DNA of 64,000 bases from a virus. Of this stretch, positions 16,736 to 24,707 are shown one piece after another. The stretch lies in the IMG/VR virus record IMGVR_UViG_3300015371_000021, positions 1 to 64,000 of that record; one strand, written 5' to 3'. The position numbers were made by a program, and so were the translations under genes. The notes under the pieces were generated by a model. It was not told where the DNA came from. It saw only the letters and a program-made list of their open reading frames with translations, and ran no database searches. How positions within the stretch are numbered: the first letter of the stretch is position 1; each line of letters opens with the position of its first letter.

Positions 16736-17677
16736 ATGACTGCGCGTACATGGCTTGGCGGACGCGGCAATAATGCCAACGACGCTCGCGACTGGTCACC
16801 TGGCGGGGCGCCGCAGCCCGGCGACACTCTGACAATGAACCGCGGCACGATCAACATCGGCGCCGACAACCCGTTAGGAAGCGACTGGCTAACGGTCACC
16901 GGCAACGCGACACTCAATCTACGCGGCACCACCGGCGATCACTTGAATTTCACCGGCCGCTATGGGCCGGGAAACACGCCGATTAAGGATACCGTTAACC
17001 TAATTAACTCTGACGCGTGGATTACCGGCCATCAGGCCAACGTTACGGTCCGCACGTCGGGCAACAGTCATCTATTCTTGTACCCTGACGTGCCGCGCGG
17101 TTCAGGACTGACCGCGACGATCAAGAATAGCGGGGTGCTGGACGCAAGCTTTAGCGGCTACATGAGCTACCGGATCGACGGTGGCACATTCCAAAACGAG
17201 GGGAGCGGCGGGGGCTTTGATGGCACCACCGCGGTGATCAATGCCGACGTGGTCGGCACCGGCTCATGGCTGGAAACGCCGGATCACGCGTCGTACGGCA
17301 AGCTTGAGTTCATGCAGTCAGTCAGCGCGGGGCAGACCGTGCAGATGATCAATGGCGCAGCCGGCGGCTACAGTTTGCTGCAAATCGACCAGCCGGGACG
17401 GTTCGCCGGGGAGATCAAGTTTAACACATATATGGGGGTAATTGATCTGCCGAAGCTCGCAGCGGATAGCTACTCGTATGACGCGGCGGCAGGAGCTTTG
17501 GATTTCTGGCACGGCAACACGTTGCTCGCGGCTCTGCGATTTTCCACCGCCGAAAATTACACGGTGGCGAAAGGCACATCCACCGGAGGCGCGGGGGTGG
17601 AAATCTTTTCGACCGACACGGGGTGGCGCATCCCGCACGGTGCGCTGTTGGATACGCATTACGTGCCTACCGCATAG
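16736..17677 (+). CDS. beta-rich extracellular/passenger-like protein (moron)
   Basis: GAGG RBS; W.GG.GN.A....WSPGGAPQPGD N-terminus typical of alphaproteobacterial surface proteins. Confidence 0.7.
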   Translation: MTARTWLGGRGNNANDARDWSPGGAPQPGDTLTMNRGTINIGADNPLGSDWLTVTGNATLNLRGTTGDHLNFTGRYGPGNTPIKDTVNLINSDAWITGHQANVTVRTSGNSHLFLYPDVPRGSGLTATIKNSGVLDASFSGYMSYRIDGGTFQNEGSGGGFDGTTAVINADVVGTGSWLETPDHASYGKLEFMQSVSAGQTVQMINGAAGGYSLLQIDQPGRFAGEIKFNTYMGVIDLPKLAADSYSYDAAAGALDFWHGNTLLAALRFSTAENYTVAKGTSTGGAGVEIFSTDTGWRIPHGALLDTHYVPTA

Positions 17678-17681
17678 GGAG

Positions 17682-17870
17682 ATGGCGATGGGATGGGTGT
17701 TCTTGATGGTCTGTCAGATGGGCACCGCGGTGTGTGTGCCTATCTGGTACGGCAATCACGTGCATCAGTTCTCATCGCTGACCTTATGTGCCCAGGCGGC
17801 AGCGTTGCTCACGCCCTCACCGGGGTTTGTGCTGCGCTGCCAGCCGGTGGCGATGGAGGTGGGGCGGTGA
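17682..17870 (+). CDS. small Cys-containing, probably exported protein
   Basis: GWVFLMVC...C...F.S...C...RC; ends AMEVGR. Confidence 0.55.
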   Translation: MAMGWVFLMVCQMGTAVCVPIWYGNHVHQFSSLTLCAQAAALLTPSPGFVLRCQPVAMEVGR

Positions 17871-18016
17871 AGATGATCAGTCCCATCATAGTCGCTACTG
17901 GCGTCGGTTTATTCGCCTTCTCGAATGGCGGACTGTGGGCTCTCGTGCTCGCTGGTGGCTCATTCTTCATCGGCATGGGACAGGGGATGTTTATGGCGAT
18001 GCAGGTGGGGCGGTGA
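17848..18016 (+). repeat. 23-bp direct repeat pair at gene ends
   Basis: tggcgatg(g/c)aggtggggcggtga at 17848-17870 and 17994-18016. Confidence 0.9.
17873..18016 (+). CDS. small membrane protein
   Basis: Hydrophobic; ends AMQVGR. Confidence 0.5.
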   Translation: MISPIIVATGVGLFAFSNGGLWALVLAGGSFFIGMGQGMFMAMQVGR

Positions 18017-18119
18017 GCCCCGCTAGACGTCAGCGCTGCCGGCGTGTCACGCTTTACTTCATCGAATACGTGCTGCTGGTCGGCGGTGGTGCGCTGGCCG
18101 TGCTGGTGTGGAGATTGTA

Positions 18120-18674
18120 ATGACGCGTTTTTACGAAACAAGTTTCGGTAGCACGGTAATCAACCTGGAGTTGGTTAGAAAAATCATCGTGAGGCGCATA
18201 AAGCGCCAGAACGATAGGGGAACGATCGCAACATTCTACGGCCCAGACGGTGATGTGATCGGTGAGGATGAGAGGTGGGGCAAGAGCAGCGAGCAACGAT
18301 TTGATGACCTGACCGCACCGCTTATTCCCGCCGTCGCCGGCCAGGAAGTATTACTTCTCGTGCCGAATGTGCTTTATAGCGTTAAGCCAACAGATATTAT
18401 CGTTGAACGCTATGCCGTCGTGGCCTGGCGCATTGAACAGTTTAGCAATGCCCACCCCTATGCTGTTCCAATCGTTGCGTGCGATGTTGGTGATGACCCA
18501 ACTTTTCTGACCCGTCGTCCAGACGGCTGGTATCAAGAGACGGGATTTCAGGGCGAAAGTTGGGAAACCCTCGATGCCGCCAAAGCGAGTGCCCTGGAAA
18601 GGGCACAGGATATCCACGAGCAATACGTTAGCCAAATGAAAGAAAAGAATGAAAGCGCTACTGGAAGAACTTGA
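18120..18674 (+). CDS. hypothetical protein
   Basis: 184-aa ORF with GGAG RBS. Confidence 0.65.
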   Translation: MTRFYETSFGSTVINLELVRKIIVRRIKRQNDRGTIATFYGPDGDVIGEDERWGKSSEQRFDDLTAPLIPAVAGQEVLLLVPNVLYSVKPTDIIVERYAVVAWRIEQFSNAHPYAVPIVACDVGDDPTFLTRRPDGWYQETGFQGESWETLDAAKASALERAQDIHEQYVSQMKEKNESATGRT

Positions 18675-18855
18675 GGCCAACGTCTTGCGCGGCGAGCAGA
18701 TATCTGCCAAGGCGCCGTTGCGGCAATTGTCTGACACCTTGGAAGAAGCGGCGCGCGATCTTGACAGCGGAGGATACCGCCTACAACGAGACGAGAAGCG
18801 CCGGTTAGCGATGCTGTGCGCGACTATGGCCTTGCGGTATATACGCAAGTTGTAG
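18649..18855 (+). CDS. hypothetical protein
   Basis: Overlapping ORF in the operon. Confidence 0.5.
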   Translation: MKALLEELEANVLRGEQISAKAPLRQLSDTLEEAARDLDSGGYRLQRDEKRRLAMLCATMALRYIRKL

Positions 18856-18932
18856 CGAAGGGGAGTTGTGCGCGGGCCTCACGTCTAACAGCGCACATGC
18901 GACATGCGACATGCGACAGAAGGAATATAGAC

Positions 18933-19559
18933 ATGGCGTTTGGTCTGATTACTCAACAGCGCTCTAGTGGCGACTTTGCCGATATCGTCAAATACGATGC
19001 GAATGCAGGGAGATTGTTCAGGGTCGACTATGACCCGGCGCTGCGTGAGAAAGAGAGTATTGATATCACGTCACCACCACCTCGGTTTGCCATCGACTTC
19101 GGTTCCCTCGAAATCGGTTTTGTGCATTTTTCGGCTAACGGTCCTGACTTTCTAATGGTACCGGAGGGCTCACCGCCGCCGAAACAGCCGGAAGACGTCG
19201 ATGATAAGGGTCGGCTGAAATATCAAGAGGCGTTTCGAGTCAAGCTGTTTGGTCGGGTGCTTAATGGATTACGGGAGTGGTCGTCGGCTGCTCGCTCGGT
19301 AGTGGATGTTGTCGAGCACATGTATAATGACTACCGCGTCGCTCCAGAGGCGAGAGAAGGTAAGATACCGATCGTCGAGCTGACCAAGACTGTGCCCATT
19401 AACTACGGCTCGCGCACGGTATATGCGCCGCATTTCACTATTGTCGGCTGGACCGCGCGCACGAGTGAGTTTGGTAGGCGCACAGTGCCGGCTCCGGCCG
19501 CCCCCAAGCCGCCTGCCAATGGTGGTGTGGACGCCTTGGAAGACGAAATCCCGTTTTGA
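18933..19559 (+). CDS. putative ssDNA-binding protein
   Basis: AAGGA RBS; Pro-rich linker and SSB-type acidic tail LEDEIPF. Confidence 0.6.
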   Translation: MAFGLITQQRSSGDFADIVKYDANAGRLFRVDYDPALREKESIDITSPPPRFAIDFGSLEIGFVHFSANGPDFLMVPEGSPPPKQPEDVDDKGRLKYQEAFRVKLFGRVLNGLREWSSAARSVVDVVEHMYNDYRVAPEAREGKIPIVELTKTVPINYGSRTVYAPHFTIVGWTARTSEFGRRTVPAPAAPKPPANGGVDALEDEIPF

Positions 19560-19611
19560 GGGCACAAAGCCCCCGTCAGCATTCGTCGCTGGCGGGGGTG
19601 TGGAGGGACAA

Positions 19612-20208
19612 ATGAGCGATCGTGTGGCGACTCAAGGCGCGAGCTGGCGGCAGCGTGAAATTATCGAACATCTTAAGGGCGGATTTACCATCGACTTCGA
19701 CGGCAGTAAATCGATCGAAGATGCGCGCGTGGTTGCTGGCCTAATCCACCGTCGCTGGCCTGAAGTATCCCATCATCTGATAGAGTTGGAAAACACTGCG
19801 CGGTGGCTGGCGCGGCTGTCAGCGGAATTGGACAAGTGCGAAAGCGCGGCGCAGGTCGATGCGCTCCATGCGCGCGACACTGTGCAGGAGATGTTCAGCA
19901 GCAGGCCAGACGTGGCACACGATATGGAGGAGCTGTTCGAGCGTGCTCGTGCGCGGGTGGGCTACGTGGCGGCCGTTCAGGAAAAAAAGAAGAAGACGAT
20001 CCGCATCATTTTTCCTCGCGATCCGCCAACCTTCGTTTCTGCTCTTGCGGCTTGGGATGCTGAGACACGCGATGCGATCGGCGATAGCGACGAGTGCAAA
20101 GAGTGGCTGAAGACCTTGTCCGACGAGGACTACAAATACATTCAGCAGGCGGTTGCCGACCATGTCGCATTCCATAAGGCGCGACTCAAAGAGCCGGTGG
20201 GTAAGTAA
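19612..20208 (+). CDS. hypothetical protein
   Basis: GGAGGG RBS. Confidence 0.65.
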   Translation: MSDRVATQGASWRQREIIEHLKGGFTIDFDGSKSIEDARVVAGLIHRRWPEVSHHLIELENTARWLARLSAELDKCESAAQVDALHARDTVQEMFSSRPDVAHDMEELFERARARVGYVAAVQEKKKKTIRIIFPRDPPTFVSALAAWDAETRDAIGDSDECKEWLKTLSDEDYKYIQQAVADHVAFHKARLKEPVGK

Positions 20209-20243
20209 ACAGGGACTTTGAACCAACAAGAAGGGAGCGAAAA

Positions 20244-20840
20244 ATGAGTACTATAGTTGTATTGGGTGGAACGCGCAGCAAGCTGGAGCTGGTGGTCGAT
20301 TTGCCGGCCTCGCCGCAAGGCACGTGGCTCGACATCGTGCAGGCGGCTGACGGGCGGTGTTTGTGCGTCGGTAAGGTGCCGCAGGAGAAGAAGCCGCCGG
20401 TATTTGTTCCGTTTGAGAAAAAGCCTGACCAGTTTGAGATGGACGGCACTCGGGTCATTCGGGCAAATAAACAACCGGACGACCATGGAGTTCCGGTGGC
20501 AGCAACGGGCACACCATTAGCTCGCGTCCACGACTTCGGACTCAAGGCGGCGCAAGCGCCGGCGGTTAGGACGGCTCCGCCACCGCCAGCCGCCGCCACA
20601 AATGGCGCTGGTCGCGCCAAGCATAGGCGCTACGCAGCCGGCGAGCATCCGCTAGACAAGAAAGCGCTGGCGTTCATGCGCAAAAAGCCGGTAACGGCTG
20701 ACGAGATCGCCAAACATCTTGGTTTAGAGGGTAAGGAAAAGCATAGATACACCTACCGCATCGTGCGCACTTTGGTGCCGTACAAGCTGGTCGGCTCGCG
20801 CGCCAGGGGTAACGAGACGGTGTATTTCGCGAGAGCGTGA
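20244..20840 (+). CDS. hypothetical protein with C-terminal winged HTH
   Basis: PVTADEIAKHLGL...YRIVRTL...RGNETVYF. Confidence 0.6.
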   Translation: MSTIVVLGGTRSKLELVVDLPASPQGTWLDIVQAADGRCLCVGKVPQEKKPPVFVPFEKKPDQFEMDGTRVIRANKQPDDHGVPVAATGTPLARVHDFGLKAAQAPAVRTAPPPPAAATNGAGRAKHRRYAAGEHPLDKKALAFMRKKPVTADEIAKHLGLEGKEKHRYTYRIVRTLVPYKLVGSRARGNETVYFARA

Positions 20841-20864
20841 CACCGCCATCCGAGAGGGTATGAC

Positions 20865-21674
20865 ATGGAATTCTGGCCTTACAAACTCCGCGCCGGACAT
20901 ACCCGCAATCCGGCGGGTGGTGCTTGCGCCATGGCAGCGGTCAACTGGCTGGTACACGGCAAGCACAGCGATCGGCCGAAATGCGCCTGCCCGGTTGTCG
21001 GTCGCTTCGTCATGGCCGGTAACGACGCGATGGATGACGACGATCGGCAGCGCCTGTTGCCGTATCTGCACCGGATTGCTGGCAGCCGCAGCCCCGAGTA
21101 CGCCCAGTCGCGGGCAGCCATCATCGTGAGCGCTGCACTGCGGATTTGGGCGCCGAAATGGCTGGATGATGCCGGGCTACCGATTCCCGCACGTCAGCTG
21201 CGCGAGTTGCCTGACCACGTGAGCGCCCAAGAAGCCTTCGAGGTCGCGAGGCAGGCTGAGCGTATAGCGCTGAAAAAGGCTATGCGGACGAATACGACAG
21301 CGGAAAGAAAGTTTGGATCGTTGCAGGGTTTCTTAATGAAGACCCTGCAGACAGCTAAGGCAGAGAGGGCCGCCAACGTGGCACGGGGGGCTGGAGAGGC
21401 GATAGTGCTTCTGTCGCAGGTAGAGAATGCAAGCCGGGTGTTGCCCTGGTCGTTGTCACGCTGGCCAGCAGCGCAGGCGATATTGCTGTCGGCGGTGAAT
21501 GAGGCGGTTATGGCGTTGCGTGCGCCGCGGAACTGCTGGGACGATTACTTCGTGGTCCTAGACGACGTGCTCAATGCCGGGCCGCAGGGCGAGCCATGGA
21601 GCGCTGACTTTATCGACCATGGGACGGCGGCGTATCGCGCTAAGGGCGGCAAGGCGGTGCTGACGGAGGCGTAG
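20865..21674 (+). CDS. paralog of 6124..7041
   Basis: Conserved N- and C-terminal blocks, divergent middle. Confidence 0.8.
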   Translation: MEFWPYKLRAGHTRNPAGGACAMAAVNWLVHGKHSDRPKCACPVVGRFVMAGNDAMDDDDRQRLLPYLHRIAGSRSPEYAQSRAAIIVSAALRIWAPKWLDDAGLPIPARQLRELPDHVSAQEAFEVARQAERIALKKAMRTNTTAERKFGSLQGFLMKTLQTAKAERAANVARGAGEAIVLLSQVENASRVLPWSLSRWPAAQAILLSAVNEAVMALRAPRNCWDDYFVVLDDVLNAGPQGEPWSADFIDHGTAAYRAKGGKAVLTEA

Positions 21675-21676
21675 GC

Positions 21677-21871
21677 ATGTGGCCGCGCTGGATGCAGAAG
21701 TCTTTCCTGCTGACCGCGGGGGCGTTGTATCTCTCGTTATGGGTGTTCTGGTGGTGGGTGATGGTAATCCTGTCACTCATCGCCTTCCCAATCGTTCTCC
21801 TTTGCGCGGTGCAGGACGTGCGTCGCCAGCTGGAGGACGAGGCACGACGGGGGGTCAGGGGGCCGGGCTAG
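21677..21871 (+). CDS. small membrane protein
   Basis: Long hydrophobic segment; last gene of the plus operon. Confidence 0.55.
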   Translation: MWPRWMQKSFLLTAGALYLSLWVFWWWVMVILSLIAFPIVLLCAVQDVRRQLEDEARRGVRGPG

Positions 21872-22086
21872 GGCTTAGGCGGCGGCGTGGTCTTAGCGGT
21901 GTTGTCATCGGGGATCAGGTGGCCGAGCACGTAGACGATTAGTGCCACTATTGCATCCACCTTAGGGTCTCCGGTCACCACGTTGCTGAGCCCAGCTGAC
22001 AGAGCGGTGCCCACGATGGTCAGCGCATGGATAGTGGTCGGCTGGCGCGCCCACGCAGAGAAGGTTTCCCCGCCGAATATTTTCAT
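21868..22086 (-). CDS. putative holin
   Basis: 72 aa, two TM segments, WARQPTT motif, end of the late operon. Confidence 0.55.
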   Translation of the reverse strand: MKIFGGETFSAWARQPTTIHALTIVGTALSAGLSNVVTGDPKVDAIVALIVYVLGHLIPDDNTAKTTPPPKP

Positions 22087-22087
22087 C

Positions 22088-22534
22088 TCAGTGTTCCTTG
22101 CCGTTGCTATAGCGGCTCTGATCGAGAAGCCGTCCGGTCATTTCCATGTGCTTTTGGGTGAGCGCTTGTAGGTCGACCACCAGCTTTGCAGTGCCGGCGC
22201 TTTCTCTTTCCAATCCCGCCAAGCGCTGTTGGAAGTTCAGCATTACCTCGCGCTGCGCCGTGTATCCGGTTTCCACCGCACCGACCCGGCGATCGAGGTT
22301 GACCACCTGTTCGTCCTGACGCGCATTGATCAGGCTGCCGCGTTCGATTGCCGTATAGACCCGGTCGTTCAGCACGGTGAGGTGCTGTTCGATGGCGCGA
22401 ATAGCGGCGGTGTCGACCTCGACTTCCCGCTTCATTTGGCCGACGAAGTAGATCGCGCCTCCGAGCGTGGAGATGATCGAGACGAGAAATATGAGGTCTC
22501 GCCGCAACGTGGAAGGAGGACCGACACCGCTCAC
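22088..22534 (-). CDS. N-terminal TM + coiled-coil protein (lysis accessory/spanin-like)
   Basis: One TM helix followed by heptad repeats. Confidence 0.6.
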   Translation of the reverse strand: MSGVGPPSTLRRDLIFLVSIISTLGGAIYFVGQMKREVEVDTAAIRAIEQHLTVLNDRVYTAIERGSLINARQDEQVVNLDRRVGAVETGYTAQREVMLNFQQRLAGLERESAGTAKLVVDLQALTQKHMEMTGRLLDQSRYSNGKEH

Positions 22535-22551
22535 GCTCGTTGCTCATGCTC

Positions 22552-22794
22552 CTATTTTATGGGGGGAGGCGGCGCGGCGTTTTTGGCTTGCAGCTCAGCA
22601 AGCTGGCGCTGATCAGACGCAACCTGTGCACGCAGGCGGCTGATCAGGCTGAGTAGCTCGGCGCCGGTGTTGTTGCAGGCGGTGATTTCGTCCTGCGGAG
22701 TCGCGCCGCCACTTTGTGCTGGCTGGGCCTGGACAGCGAAGGGGAGTAGTGCTGTCAAGGCAACGATTACTGTCAGCGAAGCGAGTTTTGCCAC
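22552..22794 (-). CDS. small secreted protein
   Basis: GTG start MAKLASLTVIVALTALLPFAVQA signal peptide. Confidence 0.55.
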   Translation of the reverse strand: MAKLASLTVIVALTALLPFAVQAQPAQSGGATPQDEITACNNTGAELLSLISRLRAQVASDQRQLAELQAKNAAPPPPIK

Positions 22795-24707
22795 GGAATA
22801 CCTCTGGTTGTGTTCAGTCCGAAAATGAGCATAGGACGGCCTGGCGTTGCAACCCTTGGTGTAAACAGCAGCTGCTGCCACCAGGACCATTGGCCGGATT
22901 TGACGCTGTTGTCGGCGTTCAGCGTGCCGTTCGGGTTGGAGCCCGGGCGGTTGCCCCAGACGAACCAGTTGGTCGACATCGGCTGATTACGGCCGGGGAA
23001 GGCTGGCCCACCCGAGGCGACGCCGTTGGCGTAGGAGACGAAGGTGGCCATAAAGTTCGAGTCGTTCGGCAGGTTGCCGTTCGAGCCATCGCAGGAGCAG
23101 CCAACCTCAGAGATGAACACCGGCGCGGTGCCGGCGATCTCCAGATAACCGAAGAAGGTGTTCCAGGCGGAGATGGCTGACGCGCCGTTGTCTGGGGTGA
23201 CGCCCCACACGTTGCTGGGATAGAGGTCGACCGAATAGGCCACCTTGTTTGCTGGCGGTCCGTTGGTGACCCCGCCAACCGGAGACTGCGCGACCCCGGT
23301 GAGGTCCATCAGCCCCGCGCCACTATTCAGCGGCTGGCCGTTGAGCAGGGTGGAGGTGCGGTTAACCGGCCCCGGCACGATCATGATGATGTTCGGGTTG
23401 ACCGCGAAAACCAGGTTGCCGAGTTCCTGTGCAATACACATCCAGTCGGTATCGCCTGAGCCACAGTTCCAGCAAATGCCGGGATTGACCCCGCCGCCTG
23501 GCTTGGCTTGGCCGGTAAATGAGCCGGTCACCAGCGGCCGGTGGTGGATTTGGTAGGCAATCACAGTTGGTTCGATAGTGTACCGCTGCATTAGGGCGAC
23601 GGTGTTGTTTTCCCACTGTACCAGCGTAACGTTGGACCCATTGCCGCAGCCGTCGTCGTTGCCGCTGGAGCCGCCGCTGTCATAGGGCAGGCCGTTAGCT
23701 TGCACCGACCAACACGGGCTGGCGGGCGAAGCAGGCAGCTCATTACCCTGATGTGAGAGGATGACCTTGAGGCCTGCGGCCTTGGCGTTCGCGACGCAGG
23801 CGTCGATCTGAGCGAAGGTATTGCAGCCGGTTGCCGGTAGCGTGCCGCCCGAGGATGGTCCGTTGGCCGGCGGCGCGGCGACAGGACCACTGTAGGTCTG
23901 GGTATTGGGGTCGAAAATGTGCCAGGTGCTGTCGCGAGCGTCGGAGATGTAAACTGTGGTCTGGTTGTAGTAGGCCATTTGGAGAGCGTTGTGACCGATG
24001 TCGCTGAAGTTGCCGAGGCTGACTTCCGCGCCACCAGCCGGGGTCCAAAACGCGTTCAGCTCGGTATCCAGTCGGTAACTGTCCCCGGTGACCGTGGTGA
24101 AGCTCTGACCACCGTTGATAAAGATTGTCGCGATGCCAGGAGTCGAGCCGCCGCTTGGCGGACCAGTGGCAGGTGGGGCGGCGACAGGACCGCCGACGCT
24201 AGGGCCGACTGGGTTGAAGATATGCCACGTGCTGTCGCGGATATCTTGGATGTAGACGGTCGTGTTGTTGTAGTACGCCATCGCGAAGGAGTTGAAACCG
24301 ATATCGCTGATTGAGCCGATCGATTGCTCGCTGCCGCCAGAGGGCGTCCAGAACGCGTTGCCTTCGGTGTCCAGGCGATAGGAATTGCCCTGCACGTCGT
24401 TGAATGACTGGCCGGGGCCGATAAAGGTGGTGGGGATGCCAGGGCCGCCGGTGCCGGCGTTGAGCGCCATGTCGCGCCAAGGAATGACGACGCAGTTGAA
24501 CTGCCCGGTGCTGCGGATTGCCGCCATAGTGCCGTCGTTCGGCGAGCCCAAGAACTGGGTGCATGCCAGCCGCTGCTGATTGCCGGCGCTATCGATAAAC
24601 TGGTTGCCGTTGGTCGACAGGAACCCGCTGGCGAGCGGCGAGCCGGTGATCTGCGCCCACGCGGGCTGCGCCACCAGCAGCAGTAGGAAGGCGAGGAACC
24701 GGATCAT
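22773..24707 (-). CDS. secreted GH5-family (cellulase-like) protein with degenerate active site and two inserted repeats
   Basis: Sec signal MIRFLAFLLLLVAQPAWA; GFLSTNGNQFID, AKAAGLKVIL, NKVAYSV.LYP, APVFISEVG and WFVW motifs of GH5. Confidence 0.8.
   Translation of the reverse strand: MIRFLAFLLLLVAQPAWAQITGSPLASGFLSTNGNQFIDSAGNQQRLACTQFLGSPNDGTMAAIRSTGQFNCVVIPWRDMALNAGTGGPGIPTTFIGPGQSFNDVQGNSYRLDTEGNAFWTPSGGSEQSIGSISDIGFNSFAMAYYNNTTVYIQDIRDSTWHIFNPVGPSVGGPVAAPPATGPPSGGSTPGIATIFINGGQSFTTVTGDSYRLDTELNAFWTPAGGAEVSLGNFSDIGHNALQMAYYNQTTVYISDARDSTWHIFDPNTQTYSGPVAAPPANGPSSGGTLPATGCNTFAQIDACVANAKAAGLKVILSHQGNELPASPASPCWSVQANGLPYDSGGSSGNDDGCGNGSNVTLVQWENNTVALMQRYTIEPTVIAYQIHHRPLVTGSFTGQAKPGGGVNPGICWNCGSGDTDWMCIAQELGNLVFAVNPNIIMIVPGPVNRTSTLLNGQPLNSGAGLMDLTGVAQSPVGGVTNGPPANKVAYSVDLYPSNVWGVTPDNGASAISAWNTFFGYLEIAGTAPVFISEVGCSCDGSNGNLPNDSNFMATFVSYANGVASGGPAFPGRNQPMSTNWFVWGNRPGSNPNGTLNADNSVKSGQWSWWQQLLFTPRVATPGRPMLIFGLNTTRGIPWQNSLR

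Noticed and set aside
19570-19598. Intrinsic terminator after the SSB-like gene
   Set aside because: Strong stem but no U-tract on the plus strand; function unclear, so not called.
6124-21674. Diversity-generating retroelement (paralogs as TR/VR)
   Set aside because: No reverse transcriptase, no near-identical nucleotide repeat, and differences are not adenine-specific.
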